From an uncultured Fibrobacterota bacterium (GTDB lineage: Bacteria > Fibrobacterota > Chitinivibrionia > Chitinivibrionales > FEN-1185): a DNA stretch of 64,000 bases. A program made the position numbers and the translations under genes. A model generated the notes under the pieces. The model was not told the origin of the DNA. It worked only from the letters and a program-made list of their open reading frames with translations, and did no database searches. Position 1 is the first letter of the stretch. Every line of letters starts with the position of its first letter. The stretch covers positions 1 through 64,000 of the forward strand of contig CAVWBU010000028.1 in NCBI GenBank assembly GCA_963753345.1. The letters are read 5' to 3'. Positions 10,281 through 19,111 of this stretch are shown one piece after another.

Positions 10281-10309
10281 TTGATTTGGGGGGAAAGAAG
10301 AGGTAGATT
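10281..10309 (+). promoter_or_regulatory. Putative sigma70 promoter TTGATT-N17-TAGATT
   Basis: Same -35, spacer and -10 as 616-644. Confidence 0.55.
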
Positions 10310-10369
10310 ATCGGATGATGAAGTAAAGCTTTGGAGTCTAACACTCATTCGGCCTGCGGGGCCAAAACT

Positions 10370-11278
10370 ATGGCTAGAAATCCGAGATTCATTCTGATGC
10401 TTGTTGTCGTCGCCATTTGCATTGGATTTGACTCTCTTCTGGCTGCCCCAATACCACCCGAAGTCAAATCCGTGGTAGTTTTTGTTTTTGTACCGGGAAA
10501 CAAACCCGATCAATACATGCCCTACGGTACGGCTTTCTTCGTAGGAGTCAAGAGCCCAAAATCACCTGACCGATCTTTTGTTTACTTGGTCACTGCCAAG
10601 CATGTCCTCCAAACCCCAGACCAGAAATCCTGGCTTCCGAACATCTTGCTGAGACTGAATACCAAAACGGGTGATTCAGAAATACTCAAAGTTCCCGTGA
10701 CTTTGTCCGGAACCGATAAAACCGTATTTTTTCATCCAGATTCTAGTGTAGATATCGCCGTAATTCCGGCTCTTCCAGATGAGAAGAAGTTCGACTTCAA
10801 GATTCTTCCTGAAGAAATGATTACCACCGAGAAGGATTTTAAAGATCTCAAAATCACTGAAGGATCTGAAGTGTTTTTTACAGGTTTATTCTCGGGCTAC
10901 CTTGGCGCACGCAAAAACTATCCAATAGTTCGTTTCGGTAGGGTCTCGCTTGTTACTGATGAAAAGATCAGGTTTGCAAATCAAGATGCGCAACTTTACC
11001 TGATCGAGTCCGGATCATACGGTGGGAACAGTGGTTCGCCGGTATTTTTTTACTTTGGTTCCGATCGGACTCCAGGAATGCTTGTCGTTGGTCCCCCGGT
11101 GCTAAAGTTGGCAGGCGTCATGAAGGGCTGTTTTCAGGATTGTCAGCCCGTGACTGAAATCGAAACTTCAAAAGCCTCTATTGCGCAATCGAATATGGGT
11201 GTTGCAGCGGTTGTGCCAGCATTCAAGTTGCATGAGCTCCTCTTTGGACCGGAGCTCGCAAAACAGCGTGGGCAATGA
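10370..11278 (+). CDS. Exported trypsin-like serine protease
   Basis: Signal peptide; GTAFFV; catalytic triad motifs LVTAKHV (His), DIAVI (Asp), GGNSGSPV (Ser). Confidence 0.85.
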   Translation: MARNPRFILMLVVVAICIGFDSLLAAPIPPEVKSVVVFVFVPGNKPDQYMPYGTAFFVGVKSPKSPDRSFVYLVTAKHVLQTPDQKSWLPNILLRLNTKTGDSEILKVPVTLSGTDKTVFFHPDSSVDIAVIPALPDEKKFDFKILPEEMITTEKDFKDLKITEGSEVFFTGLFSGYLGARKNYPIVRFGRVSLVTDEKIRFANQDAQLYLIESGSYGGNSGSPVFFYFGSDRTPGMLVVGPPVLKLAGVMKGCFQDCQPVTEIETSKASIAQSNMGVAAVVPAFKLHELLFGPELAKQRGQ

Positions 11279-11587
11279 CGACCTGCGACCTGACCCTTGC
11301 ATACGCGTAGCCAGCGCTGGGCATTCTCTCAGAACTCTTCTCAGAAAATCTATGTAGCAATCTGCCCGGATCTCACAGATCACAAATAAGTAATTCCTGT
11401 TTGTGCGAACTCCTTTCCCGAAACTGAGAATCATCCCTCCTTTCCATCCGGCCCTTACCTCTTGTCATCAGGTCATTTCTTAAATTGAAAAAGTCTGGTA
11501 TTGTTATTGCATACTATTCAATCAAAAGCATTTCGCCTGACAAATTTCTCATAAACCGCATTCTATAATGGAAAGCCGAGAGCTTCC

Positions 11588-13276
11588 ATGACGGCAAGGA
11601 AGGGCATTACAAAGCTGAGCGCGCTGCTGGGCGCAACAGCCCTTCTTTCGACATCGGTAATTTTTGCGGATGTCAAACCCGTATCGCTCACCGGTGCGTT
11701 CAATGCGACCGGCGGGCTCTACGCTTCAAACGGCATCGCGCACAGGCAGGACCCCGCGTACTACCGGCTGGCCCTCTCGCCGACTCTCTCGATTTACGAT
11801 CAGGTGTCCCTCCCCTTCGAGCTCTATCTGTCAAGCACCGGCGGCGGCTACCGGCAGCCGTTCGACCAGTTCGGCGTGAACCCGAATATCGGAAACTGGC
11901 TGACCCTGCACGGGGGATATTTCAGCACCCAGTTGACCGATCTGAGTTTCGGCGATACGCGGCTTTTGGGCGGCGGCATCGATCTTCATCCGTCGATATT
12001 CCGGCTCGTTCTTCTCTACGGCCGAAGCGAGAAGGCGCAGCAGGCCGACACCGTTGCGGGACTTCACGGCGTGTATGACCGCTGGGTCGCCGCGGGCATG
12101 GTGAGCGTGGGGAAGGCGAACGGCAACTTTATCGGCCTTACGGTGCTCCGGGCCGCCGACGACTCCGCTTCCCTTCGCGGCAAGAACAACCCCACCGCTT
12201 CCGATTCCACCCTCATGCAGTATTACAACGGTCCAAAAGAAAACCTTGTGGGGTCGCTGTCGTGGGGCCTCTCAATTGTAAAGAACGTGCTTTCATGGCA
12301 CGGTGAGATTGCGGGATCGGCATTTACCAACGACGCGACCGATTCGGTATCGCTCCGCAACGTCGTCCCGTCGTGGATATATGGCATCTATACGCCCCGG
12401 TTTTCGTCGCAGTACGACCTTGCGGGGAAAACATCGATCATGTTGGTTCCTGCAAAGCAATTTCAGATCGGGCTTAACGGCAAATGGGTTGGACCGGGAT
12501 ACATGACGCTCGGATACACGGGGATGCCCAACGACATGTTCGACGTGACCCTTACTCCGGCGCTGCGGCTGTTTCAGAGCAAATACCAGATCCGTTCCAG
12601 CATCGGGGTCCGGTTCAATAATCTGTACGGTTCGCGCATAGCCACCACCGACCGCACGATTTTTTCGATCACGGGCGTCGCCCAGCCAACCAACGCATTC
12701 GGCTTCGACGTGCAGTACAGCAATTATGGAAACAAATCCAATGCCCGTAACGACACCCTGCGCATTTCGAACGTGGCGCAATCGTTTACGGCCACGCCCC
12801 ACCTGTCCTTTACGTCGTGGGGCGCCGCCCAGGTCGTCACGGCAAATTACGCGTATCAGGACTTTACCGACCAAAACGTGGTAACGTCGGGACTCGACAA
12901 ATACACGGTGAGTTCGGGCATGGCGCTGTGGAGCCTCACCTGGCCTTCCACGTTTTCGCTTTCGACAAACGCGAACGTGGTGAATACTGTTACGCCGCTC
13001 CTTGCCACGACCATTGCCGGCATTACCGCCGCGGTCTCCCGCTCGTTCCTCGTCAAGAACGCGCTGACCGCGGGCGTCAATCTCGGGTACAATCTTGTAA
13101 TGAATTATAAAACCGACGGCCAGTTCACCGCCGGCGTCAATGGTTCGTACTCGTTCGGCCGGTTCGGAACATTTTCGCTGCTGTTGTCGAGCAACCGCTA
13201 TGACTACGGCGAGGCCGGGTCGGTACCTTCGTTTCAGGAGTACCAGGGGACCCTGCAATACACGCTTTCGTTCTGA
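11588..13276 (+). CDS. Putative outer-membrane beta-barrel protein
   Basis: Signal peptide; amphipathic beta-strand pattern throughout; ends YQGTLQYTLSF (BAM beta-signal-like, terminal Phe). Confidence 0.8.
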   Translation: MTARKGITKLSALLGATALLSTSVIFADVKPVSLTGAFNATGGLYASNGIAHRQDPAYYRLALSPTLSIYDQVSLPFELYLSSTGGGYRQPFDQFGVNPNIGNWLTLHGGYFSTQLTDLSFGDTRLLGGGIDLHPSIFRLVLLYGRSEKAQQADTVAGLHGVYDRWVAAGMVSVGKANGNFIGLTVLRAADDSASLRGKNNPTASDSTLMQYYNGPKENLVGSLSWGLSIVKNVLSWHGEIAGSAFTNDATDSVSLRNVVPSWIYGIYTPRFSSQYDLAGKTSIMLVPAKQFQIGLNGKWVGPGYMTLGYTGMPNDMFDVTLTPALRLFQSKYQIRSSIGVRFNNLYGSRIATTDRTIFSITGVAQPTNAFGFDVQYSNYGNKSNARNDTLRISNVAQSFTATPHLSFTSWGAAQVVTANYAYQDFTDQNVVTSGLDKYTVSSGMALWSLTWPSTFSLSTNANVVNTVTPLLATTIAGITAAVSRSFLVKNALTAGVNLGYNLVMNYKTDGQFTAGVNGSYSFGRFGTFSLLLSSNRYDYGEAGSVPSFQEYQGTLQYTLSF

Positions 13277-13287
13277 GAAAGGCTGTT

Positions 13288-16200
13288 ATGAAACGCAACA
13301 TGGCTTTAAGAACCATCGCCAGCACGCTTTGTGCAGTCGCCGTGTTCAGCACAACATCCTGGGGCCTGGTAAACGTGACGCTTATCATCCGTCAACCGGC
13401 GCCGCCCTTGCTTTCCACATGGGAACACGACAAGACGGTCGTGCAGATGGTGATAAGCAACGTAAGCACGACATCGTATGTGAACGCGCACGTGTCGTTC
13501 ACGATACGCGACGTCAACAAAGACAAGATCGTGGTCCATTCGCTCGACAACAACCCGGCCATTCCCCGTTTTATTCTTGCCGCGGGAGGCACGAGCACCC
13601 GGTTCGCGCCTGATCTTATCGCGCAGTCGGCCCTTTCCATCGATCCGTCGCTCAACGCCTCCCTGCTCACCAGCAACAGTTTTCCCGAGGGCGATTACGA
13701 ATTCTGCGTGGGCCTGCTTGACAACAAGGGGGACACTATCGCCACTACCGGCGTATTGTGCAAAATGTTTACCATAACCATTCCCGACCCGCCCACCCTG
13801 GTAGTCCCGGCCGACAAAGACTCGATAACCTCGACGGTGCCGCCCACCTTCACGTGGACCCCTGTTTCTCTTTTGGGCCAGATTCCGAATTACAAGCTCG
13901 TTATCGCCCCGATATTCAACACCCAGTCGGCCGCCGACGCAATCACGATCAACACGGCGCTGGTGAAAAAGACCATCCAGACATCGTCGTATTTCTACGA
14001 ACTGTCGAACCCGGCGTTTACAAGCTCCGTAGGCGCCGTCGGGTTCGCGTGGCAGGTGACCGCGGTTGACAATAACGGAATTCCCTGCGCGCGCAACGGG
14101 GGCGCAAGCGAGGTATTCTCCTTTTACTTTGCGGTCCCGGCCAAAACGGACACTACAAAAGACACCTCGAAGGCCGCGTCGGACACCTCCAAAGCGGCGG
14201 CCGACACCACCCCCGGCGCGTGCATCGCCAGTTGCACTGCGGCAGCGCCCTCGTCGTCGGTGGCCTCATCGAAGACGTTCGCGGCCAACGATACGCTCCA
14301 TATCGGGCTTTTTACCCTCACGATCACCAGCTTGACATCCGCAACAGGCGCATCGCTTTCCGGCGAAGGCACGATAAAAGTCCCGTTCCTTCATGCGCCG
14401 ATCATGGTCAAGTTTACCGGCCTCAAGGCGAACGACGCGAAGCAGGTTTTCGACGGGACCGTGAGCGGCAAGACGGACCCCGGCTCACCCATCGTGGATG
14501 CAGTAGCGAACGCCACGGGGACTCTCGGGTTGACAAGCAGCGACGTCAAGTCGATCACCGACTACGCCAAGCAGCCGGGAAAACTGGTGAGCGCGCTCAT
14601 AGGCTCCACGCCCGTCGGATTGCCCATCGGCCTTGACAATTACATAGACGGTGTCAACATGACCGTGGCGATCATGGGGCTCAATTTCACCCCCACCAAG
14701 GCCACGCTCAATGCAGTGGCTCAGTTTCCCATGCCCGACCTCGGGCCCGGCGTGGGCATCGGCGTGGGCGCGCGGGACATCTGTTTCCATCCCCAGGGAC
14801 TGGCCGCCGGGGCGGGCTCGCTTTTCCTTTCCCAGGACCTTGGATACAACCGTCCCGGGTCGTTCGGCTTTGTCTTTCGCGCTCCGACAAACAGCGATTC
14901 CGGCACGTATCTGAGCTGGGACTGCCGGGGGTTCCAGTTTCTCCACCTGAAAGCCGATGCGGTTTTCCCGCGCGAATGGCTCCTGCCTTCTCCGGACAAC
15001 GGCGACACGGTGAAGGCGACGTTCACGGCCGACATCCGGAAGAGCGGCGACTGGCTTGCTTCGGCGTCCCTTCCCGCTTGTGAAATAAGCGGCACCAACG
15101 GTATGAAACTCGGCGCGACCACAATGACCTACGATCACTCCGACGTTAAGAACCCGACCGGCATTACGTTCCCGACCGGGTATGCAACCACGACGCCCGG
15201 GCCGGATTGGCACGGGTTTTATATCAACAGCGTATCGATCACGCTTCCCGCCGATCTCAAGACCTTCGATGCGTCTGCGCCGACCATTACCGCGACCAAC
15301 CTGATCATCGACGACCAGGGGTTCAGCGCCGCCATCTTGGGCAGCAACATCATCCATTACCCCAACGGCAATTTCGGCCAATGGGGGGCAAGCCTGGATT
15401 CGGTGGGCGTGGTTTTTGTCAAGAGCTCGCTCACCCATGGCGAGCTTGACGGACGGATACAGATACCCATCAGCGACAGCTGTTTTGTCTACCAGGCCCT
15501 GCTCAACCAGGTCCCGGACTCCGGCATGTCGTTTCAGTTCACCATCACGCCGAAATCCGACATTCCGGCAAGCATCTGGGCGGCCACCTTGACAATCGAC
15601 CATACCTCCATGATCTCCCTCACCAAGGGACCATCGAGCGGGTTCAAGGCCCAGGCGACGCTCAACGGGAAAATATCGATACACGGCAACGTGGGCGGCG
15701 TGAACAACATGAATTTCGACCTTATGGAATTCACGGGCCTGGGGGTGGGCACCGACACGCCCTACGTCTCCATCGGCCACTGGTCGTTTGCGAGCCCGGA
15801 CCACGGGGTGATGGGCTTCCCGGTTTCCATTACCAACATCGGCCTCGCCACAGGCACGCGCGGCGGCGGAGGGTTCGGCGTGGGCCTGGCCATGAACTTC
15901 GCGGTGAACCTGTCCGATGCGCTGAGCGGCAACGCGGGGCTCACCGTGTGGGGAAAGCTCTCCATGAGCGGCGCGCAGCATTTCTCGTTCGACGGCGTCG
16001 ATCTCGATTCCATCGGGCTGCACGCCGACATGGGCGCGGTTGACGTGACGGGAACCATCTCGTTTTACCATAACGACGCGACCTACGGCGACGGGTTCCG
16101 CGGGGCGATAGACGCGAAATTCCTCAAAAGCCTCGAGGTGAAAGCCACCGCGCAGTTCGGATCGGTGAGCGGCTACCGCTATTGGTATGTCGACGCGGCG

Positions 16201-19101
16201 GCGATCTTCCCCGACCCCGGCATCATCATGTCGCCCGGGCTTGCGTTCTTCGGGTTCGGCGGCGGCGCATGGTATCACATGAAGAAATCGTCCAACGAAC
16301 TTCCCCCGCCCAAGGCCAACAGCACCGCCGCGCCTAGTCCCGGCGCCACGGCATCGGGGTTCACCTTTACGCCCGACCAGACCATCGCGCTCGGTTTGCA
16401 TGCGTCAATCACCATCGCGGCCACGCCCGAGAACTCCGCGTTCAACGGCGACGTTGCGCTCGACATGCAATTTACCAACAGCGGTATCGGCGAGATGACC
16501 CTGTCGGGCAAGGCCTGGATGATGACCGACCTGGCCACCCGCAGCAATACGATCACCGCGGGCGTGATGATCGACTACAATTTCTCGACCTCCACGTTCC
16601 ACGGCGTGTTCAATTACACGGTGGACTTCAGCCCCATCATATCGAGTCACGGCCAGATGGTCGCGCACGCGGACCCGAGCGTGTGGTACTTCACCGTGGG
16701 CACCCCCAACGAGCCCATCACCGCCCAGCTCCTGAGTCTTGTCGAAGTGAAGTCGTATTTCATGACCGGCAGCAGCATCCCGTCGCCGCCTGATCTTCCC
16801 GACTATATCAAAAGTAAATTCCCAAGTTTTGCAATCGCGCGCAGCCCGTTTATCAGCACCGGCGGCGGTTTTGCATTCGGCGTGAGCGCCGGGTTCCACA
16901 CCGGGAAGGTCACGTTCCTCATTTTCTACGGTCAAATCGACGCGCAGATGGGGTTCGATATCTCGCTCTTGGACGTGGGCACCAAACAAATCTGCAACAA
17001 CGTGAACGGCACGGTGGGAATCAACGGCTGGTATGCATCGGGAGACATCTATGCCTACCTTGCCGCCTCGATCGGCCTTCACGTGGACGTCTGGTTTACA
17101 TCCGGCGATTTCGAAATACTCGGCGTGTCCGCTGCCGCGGCACTGGTGGGCGGGGGGCCTAATCCCACGTGGCTCAAGGGCGGGGTTGATGGAAGCTACG
17201 ACATCCTCGACGGCCTTATCAGCGGAAACTGCCACTTTGAATTCACGCTGGGCAACGTGTGCATCCCCGATCCCGGGACGCCGTTCGACAAAATAGGCCT
17301 TATTTCCGCGGTGCAACCGGGCGGCGGGAACGGCGTCGATGTTTTCGTGCAGCCGCAGGCGGCGTTCAACTTTGCAATCGGCCAGAACATTGAGATCAAG
17401 GAAGTGGGCGACGACGGCACGACGATCATCCGGACGTTCCGCGCGTCCCTCACCGATTTCTCCATGGCGCAAGGCGGCCGCGGCGTTCCGGCAACCTACG
17501 GCGTTTCCGCGGACGGCACGCAGGCGACCCTCACTCCGCAGGAGTGCCTGGCTCCGCGCGCGCAACACGCGGTCCATGTGGCTGCCGCGGGCGAGGAATT
17601 CAAGAACAACGCATGGGGACCGGCCAAGAAGCCCGACGGCACATCGGCGGTCCAAGACACCACGGTCACCTTTACAACAGGGGACCGTCCAGACAAGATC
17701 GACTCCAGCAACGTGATGTACAGTTATCCTTTCACCCGTCAACGGTTCTTCTTGCAGAATGAGAACCACAACGGACGCGTGGCGCTCAGAATCGGGCAGC
17801 AGTATCTGTTCGCGCCGCGAACAGGTTATGAGGTGAGCTTTACCGCGCGGTTCGTCCCGCTTCTCGGCGGCGGCGCGGAGGTGGAGACCCCGCTCGGTTT
17901 CGACGACAAGAGCGTCACCTTCAGCGTTCCGCCGCTTGACAAAGAAAAAGTCTACGCGCTCCAGATCGTCCGCAAGGAGAAGAGCGACTCCCGTTTCCAG
18001 ATGATGTCGAGCAGCGTTCTCTCGTCAGCGGTGACCTCGCAAATGGCCACCAAGACCAGAACGTTCATGAATGCTTCGCTCACAAGCGCGGTCCAGGTGA
18101 ACATCAAGAAACGTGAGCTCCCTGGCGTGCAGGTCCGCCAGGGCGAAAAGCTCCTCTACGTGTACTATTTCCGGACGAGCAAGTACGGGACGTTGCAGGA
18201 AAAAATAGCTTCGCTCCAGCAGCTTGGCGTGGAAAACCGCCCGACTTCCGACGGCCGGGTCGTGCGTGTCAATTACAATTCCGGCGAAGGATGGGACGGC
18301 TGGGACGTGGGCGACCACTCCTACGACGCCGGCAGCGGCTCTACGGGATACCAGCATGCCTTGCTTTCGCTCGAGGCCTACGCAATGGAAAGCCCATGGC
18401 ACAAGAAGTTCGTCAACCCCTGGGTGTACGACGCGGTCACCACGCTGCAGGGCATGGGCGTGTGGGACGGCAGCCAGACGGCCTTGTCAAAAGCTATTTT
18501 CAACACGGATTTGCCCCTGGCGCAGCTTGACGTTGTTGCGCAGCCGCCGCTCAGGGACGATGAGCTTGTGCCGCCCATGAAATGGGCGGCAAGCTTTGCC
18601 GCGCTCGGCATTCACGGGCTTGTCGGGGCCGGCGCGCTGTCGACCGGGAGCGCATCGGCGCCCATGGCGGCAAGCCACCTCTACAGCATGTCCATGGCCT
18701 CGGCCCCTGCCGTATCGAGCCGCCTTTCCGGGGGCTTTGCAACCATGACCGTTGCGCCGGCGCTTCAGGCGCCCACGGGCGATTTTCACGTGCTGTACAA
18801 TCACGACGTGATCGCATCACGGGACTTTTCGCTGGTGAAGCGGAACATCGCAGAGGGAATGGCGAACTTCTGGACCGCCGTGACCATGGTGTCGAACATG
18901 GGCTGGGTGAATACCGAAGTCGCAAAACCGTACGAGACCATATATCCGAAGGACAGCTACAAAATGGAATTCGCGTACAATTATCCAGAAGACAACTGGA
19001 TATTCGGCACGAAGCTGCCGGTGACATTTACAAATGGTACTCCAGTTGCGCCGCAGCCCGTCAAAGGGACCGGTTCAATATTTCATATTCCCCTAAAGTG
19101 A
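13288..19101 (+). CDS. 1937-aa exported protein: TANFOR-like N-terminal domain, long beta-rich core, Ig-like C-terminal region
   Basis: Signal peptide; FPEGDYEFC..DPPTLVVP..FTWTP..WQVTA..NGGASEVFSF resembles TANFOR-type N-termini; G/F/T-rich beta core; no T9SS-like CTD. Confidence 0.75.
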   Translation: MKRNMALRTIASTLCAVAVFSTTSWGLVNVTLIIRQPAPPLLSTWEHDKTVVQMVISNVSTTSYVNAHVSFTIRDVNKDKIVVHSLDNNPAIPRFILAAGGTSTRFAPDLIAQSALSIDPSLNASLLTSNSFPEGDYEFCVGLLDNKGDTIATTGVLCKMFTITIPDPPTLVVPADKDSITSTVPPTFTWTPVSLLGQIPNYKLVIAPIFNTQSAADAITINTALVKKTIQTSSYFYELSNPAFTSSVGAVGFAWQVTAVDNNGIPCARNGGASEVFSFYFAVPAKTDTTKDTSKAASDTSKAAADTTPGACIASCTAAAPSSSVASSKTFAANDTLHIGLFTLTITSLTSATGASLSGEGTIKVPFLHAPIMVKFTGLKANDAKQVFDGTVSGKTDPGSPIVDAVANATGTLGLTSSDVKSITDYAKQPGKLVSALIGSTPVGLPIGLDNYIDGVNMTVAIMGLNFTPTKATLNAVAQFPMPDLGPGVGIGVGARDICFHPQGLAAGAGSLFLSQDLGYNRPGSFGFVFRAPTNSDSGTYLSWDCRGFQFLHLKADAVFPREWLLPSPDNGDTVKATFTADIRKSGDWLASASLPACEISGTNGMKLGATTMTYDHSDVKNPTGITFPTGYATTTPGPDWHGFYINSVSITLPADLKTFDASAPTITATNLIIDDQGFSAAILGSNIIHYPNGNFGQWGASLDSVGVVFVKSSLTHGELDGRIQIPISDSCFVYQALLNQVPDSGMSFQFTITPKSDIPASIWAATLTIDHTSMISLTKGPSSGFKAQATLNGKISIHGNVGGVNNMNFDLMEFTGLGVGTDTPYVSIGHWSFASPDHGVMGFPVSITNIGLATGTRGGGGFGVGLAMNFAVNLSDALSGNAGLTVWGKLSMSGAQHFSFDGVDLDSIGLHADMGAVDVTGTISFYHNDATYGDGFRGAIDAKFLKSLEVKATAQFGSVSGYRYWYVDAAAIFPDPGIIMSPGLAFFGFGGGAWYHMKKSSNELPPPKANSTAAPSPGATASGFTFTPDQTIALGLHASITIAATPENSAFNGDVALDMQFTNSGIGEMTLSGKAWMMTDLATRSNTITAGVMIDYNFSTSTFHGVFNYTVDFSPIISSHGQMVAHADPSVWYFTVGTPNEPITAQLLSLVEVKSYFMTGSSIPSPPDLPDYIKSKFPSFAIARSPFISTGGGFAFGVSAGFHTGKVTFLIFYGQIDAQMGFDISLLDVGTKQICNNVNGTVGINGWYASGDIYAYLAASIGLHVDVWFTSGDFEILGVSAAAALVGGGPNPTWLKGGVDGSYDILDGLISGNCHFEFTLGNVCIPDPGTPFDKIGLISAVQPGGGNGVDVFVQPQAAFNFAIGQNIEIKEVGDDGTTIIRTFRASLTDFSMAQGGRGVPATYGVSADGTQATLTPQECLAPRAQHAVHVAAAGEEFKNNAWGPAKKPDGTSAVQDTTVTFTTGDRPDKIDSSNVMYSYPFTRQRFFLQNENHNGRVALRIGQQYLFAPRTGYEVSFTARFVPLLGGGAEVETPLGFDDKSVTFSVPPLDKEKVYALQIVRKEKSDSRFQMMSSSVLSSAVTSQMATKTRTFMNASLTSAVQVNIKKRELPGVQVRQGEKLLYVYYFRTSKYGTLQEKIASLQQLGVENRPTSDGRVVRVNYNSGEGWDGWDVGDHSYDAGSGSTGYQHALLSLEAYAMESPWHKKFVNPWVYDAVTTLQGMGVWDGSQTALSKAIFNTDLPLAQLDVVAQPPLRDDELVPPMKWAASFAALGIHGLVGAGALSTGSASAPMAASHLYSMSMASAPAVSSRLSGGFATMTVAPALQAPTGDFHVLYNHDVIASRDFSLVKRNIAEGMANFWTAVTMVSNMGWVNTEVAKPYETIYPKDSYKMEFAYNYPEDNWIFGTKLPVTFTNGTPVAPQPVKGTGSIFHIPLK

Positions 19102-19111
19102 CGAGGTGTCC

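Noticed and set aside
11168-11434. 88-aa minus-strand ORF after the protease
   Set aside because: Overlaps the protease end; no recognisable motif or supporting context
14485-17769. Long antisense ORFs (638 aa and 454 aa) opposite the giant gene
   Set aside because: Shadow ORFs expected from GC-rich codon bias; R/G/A-rich with no motifs
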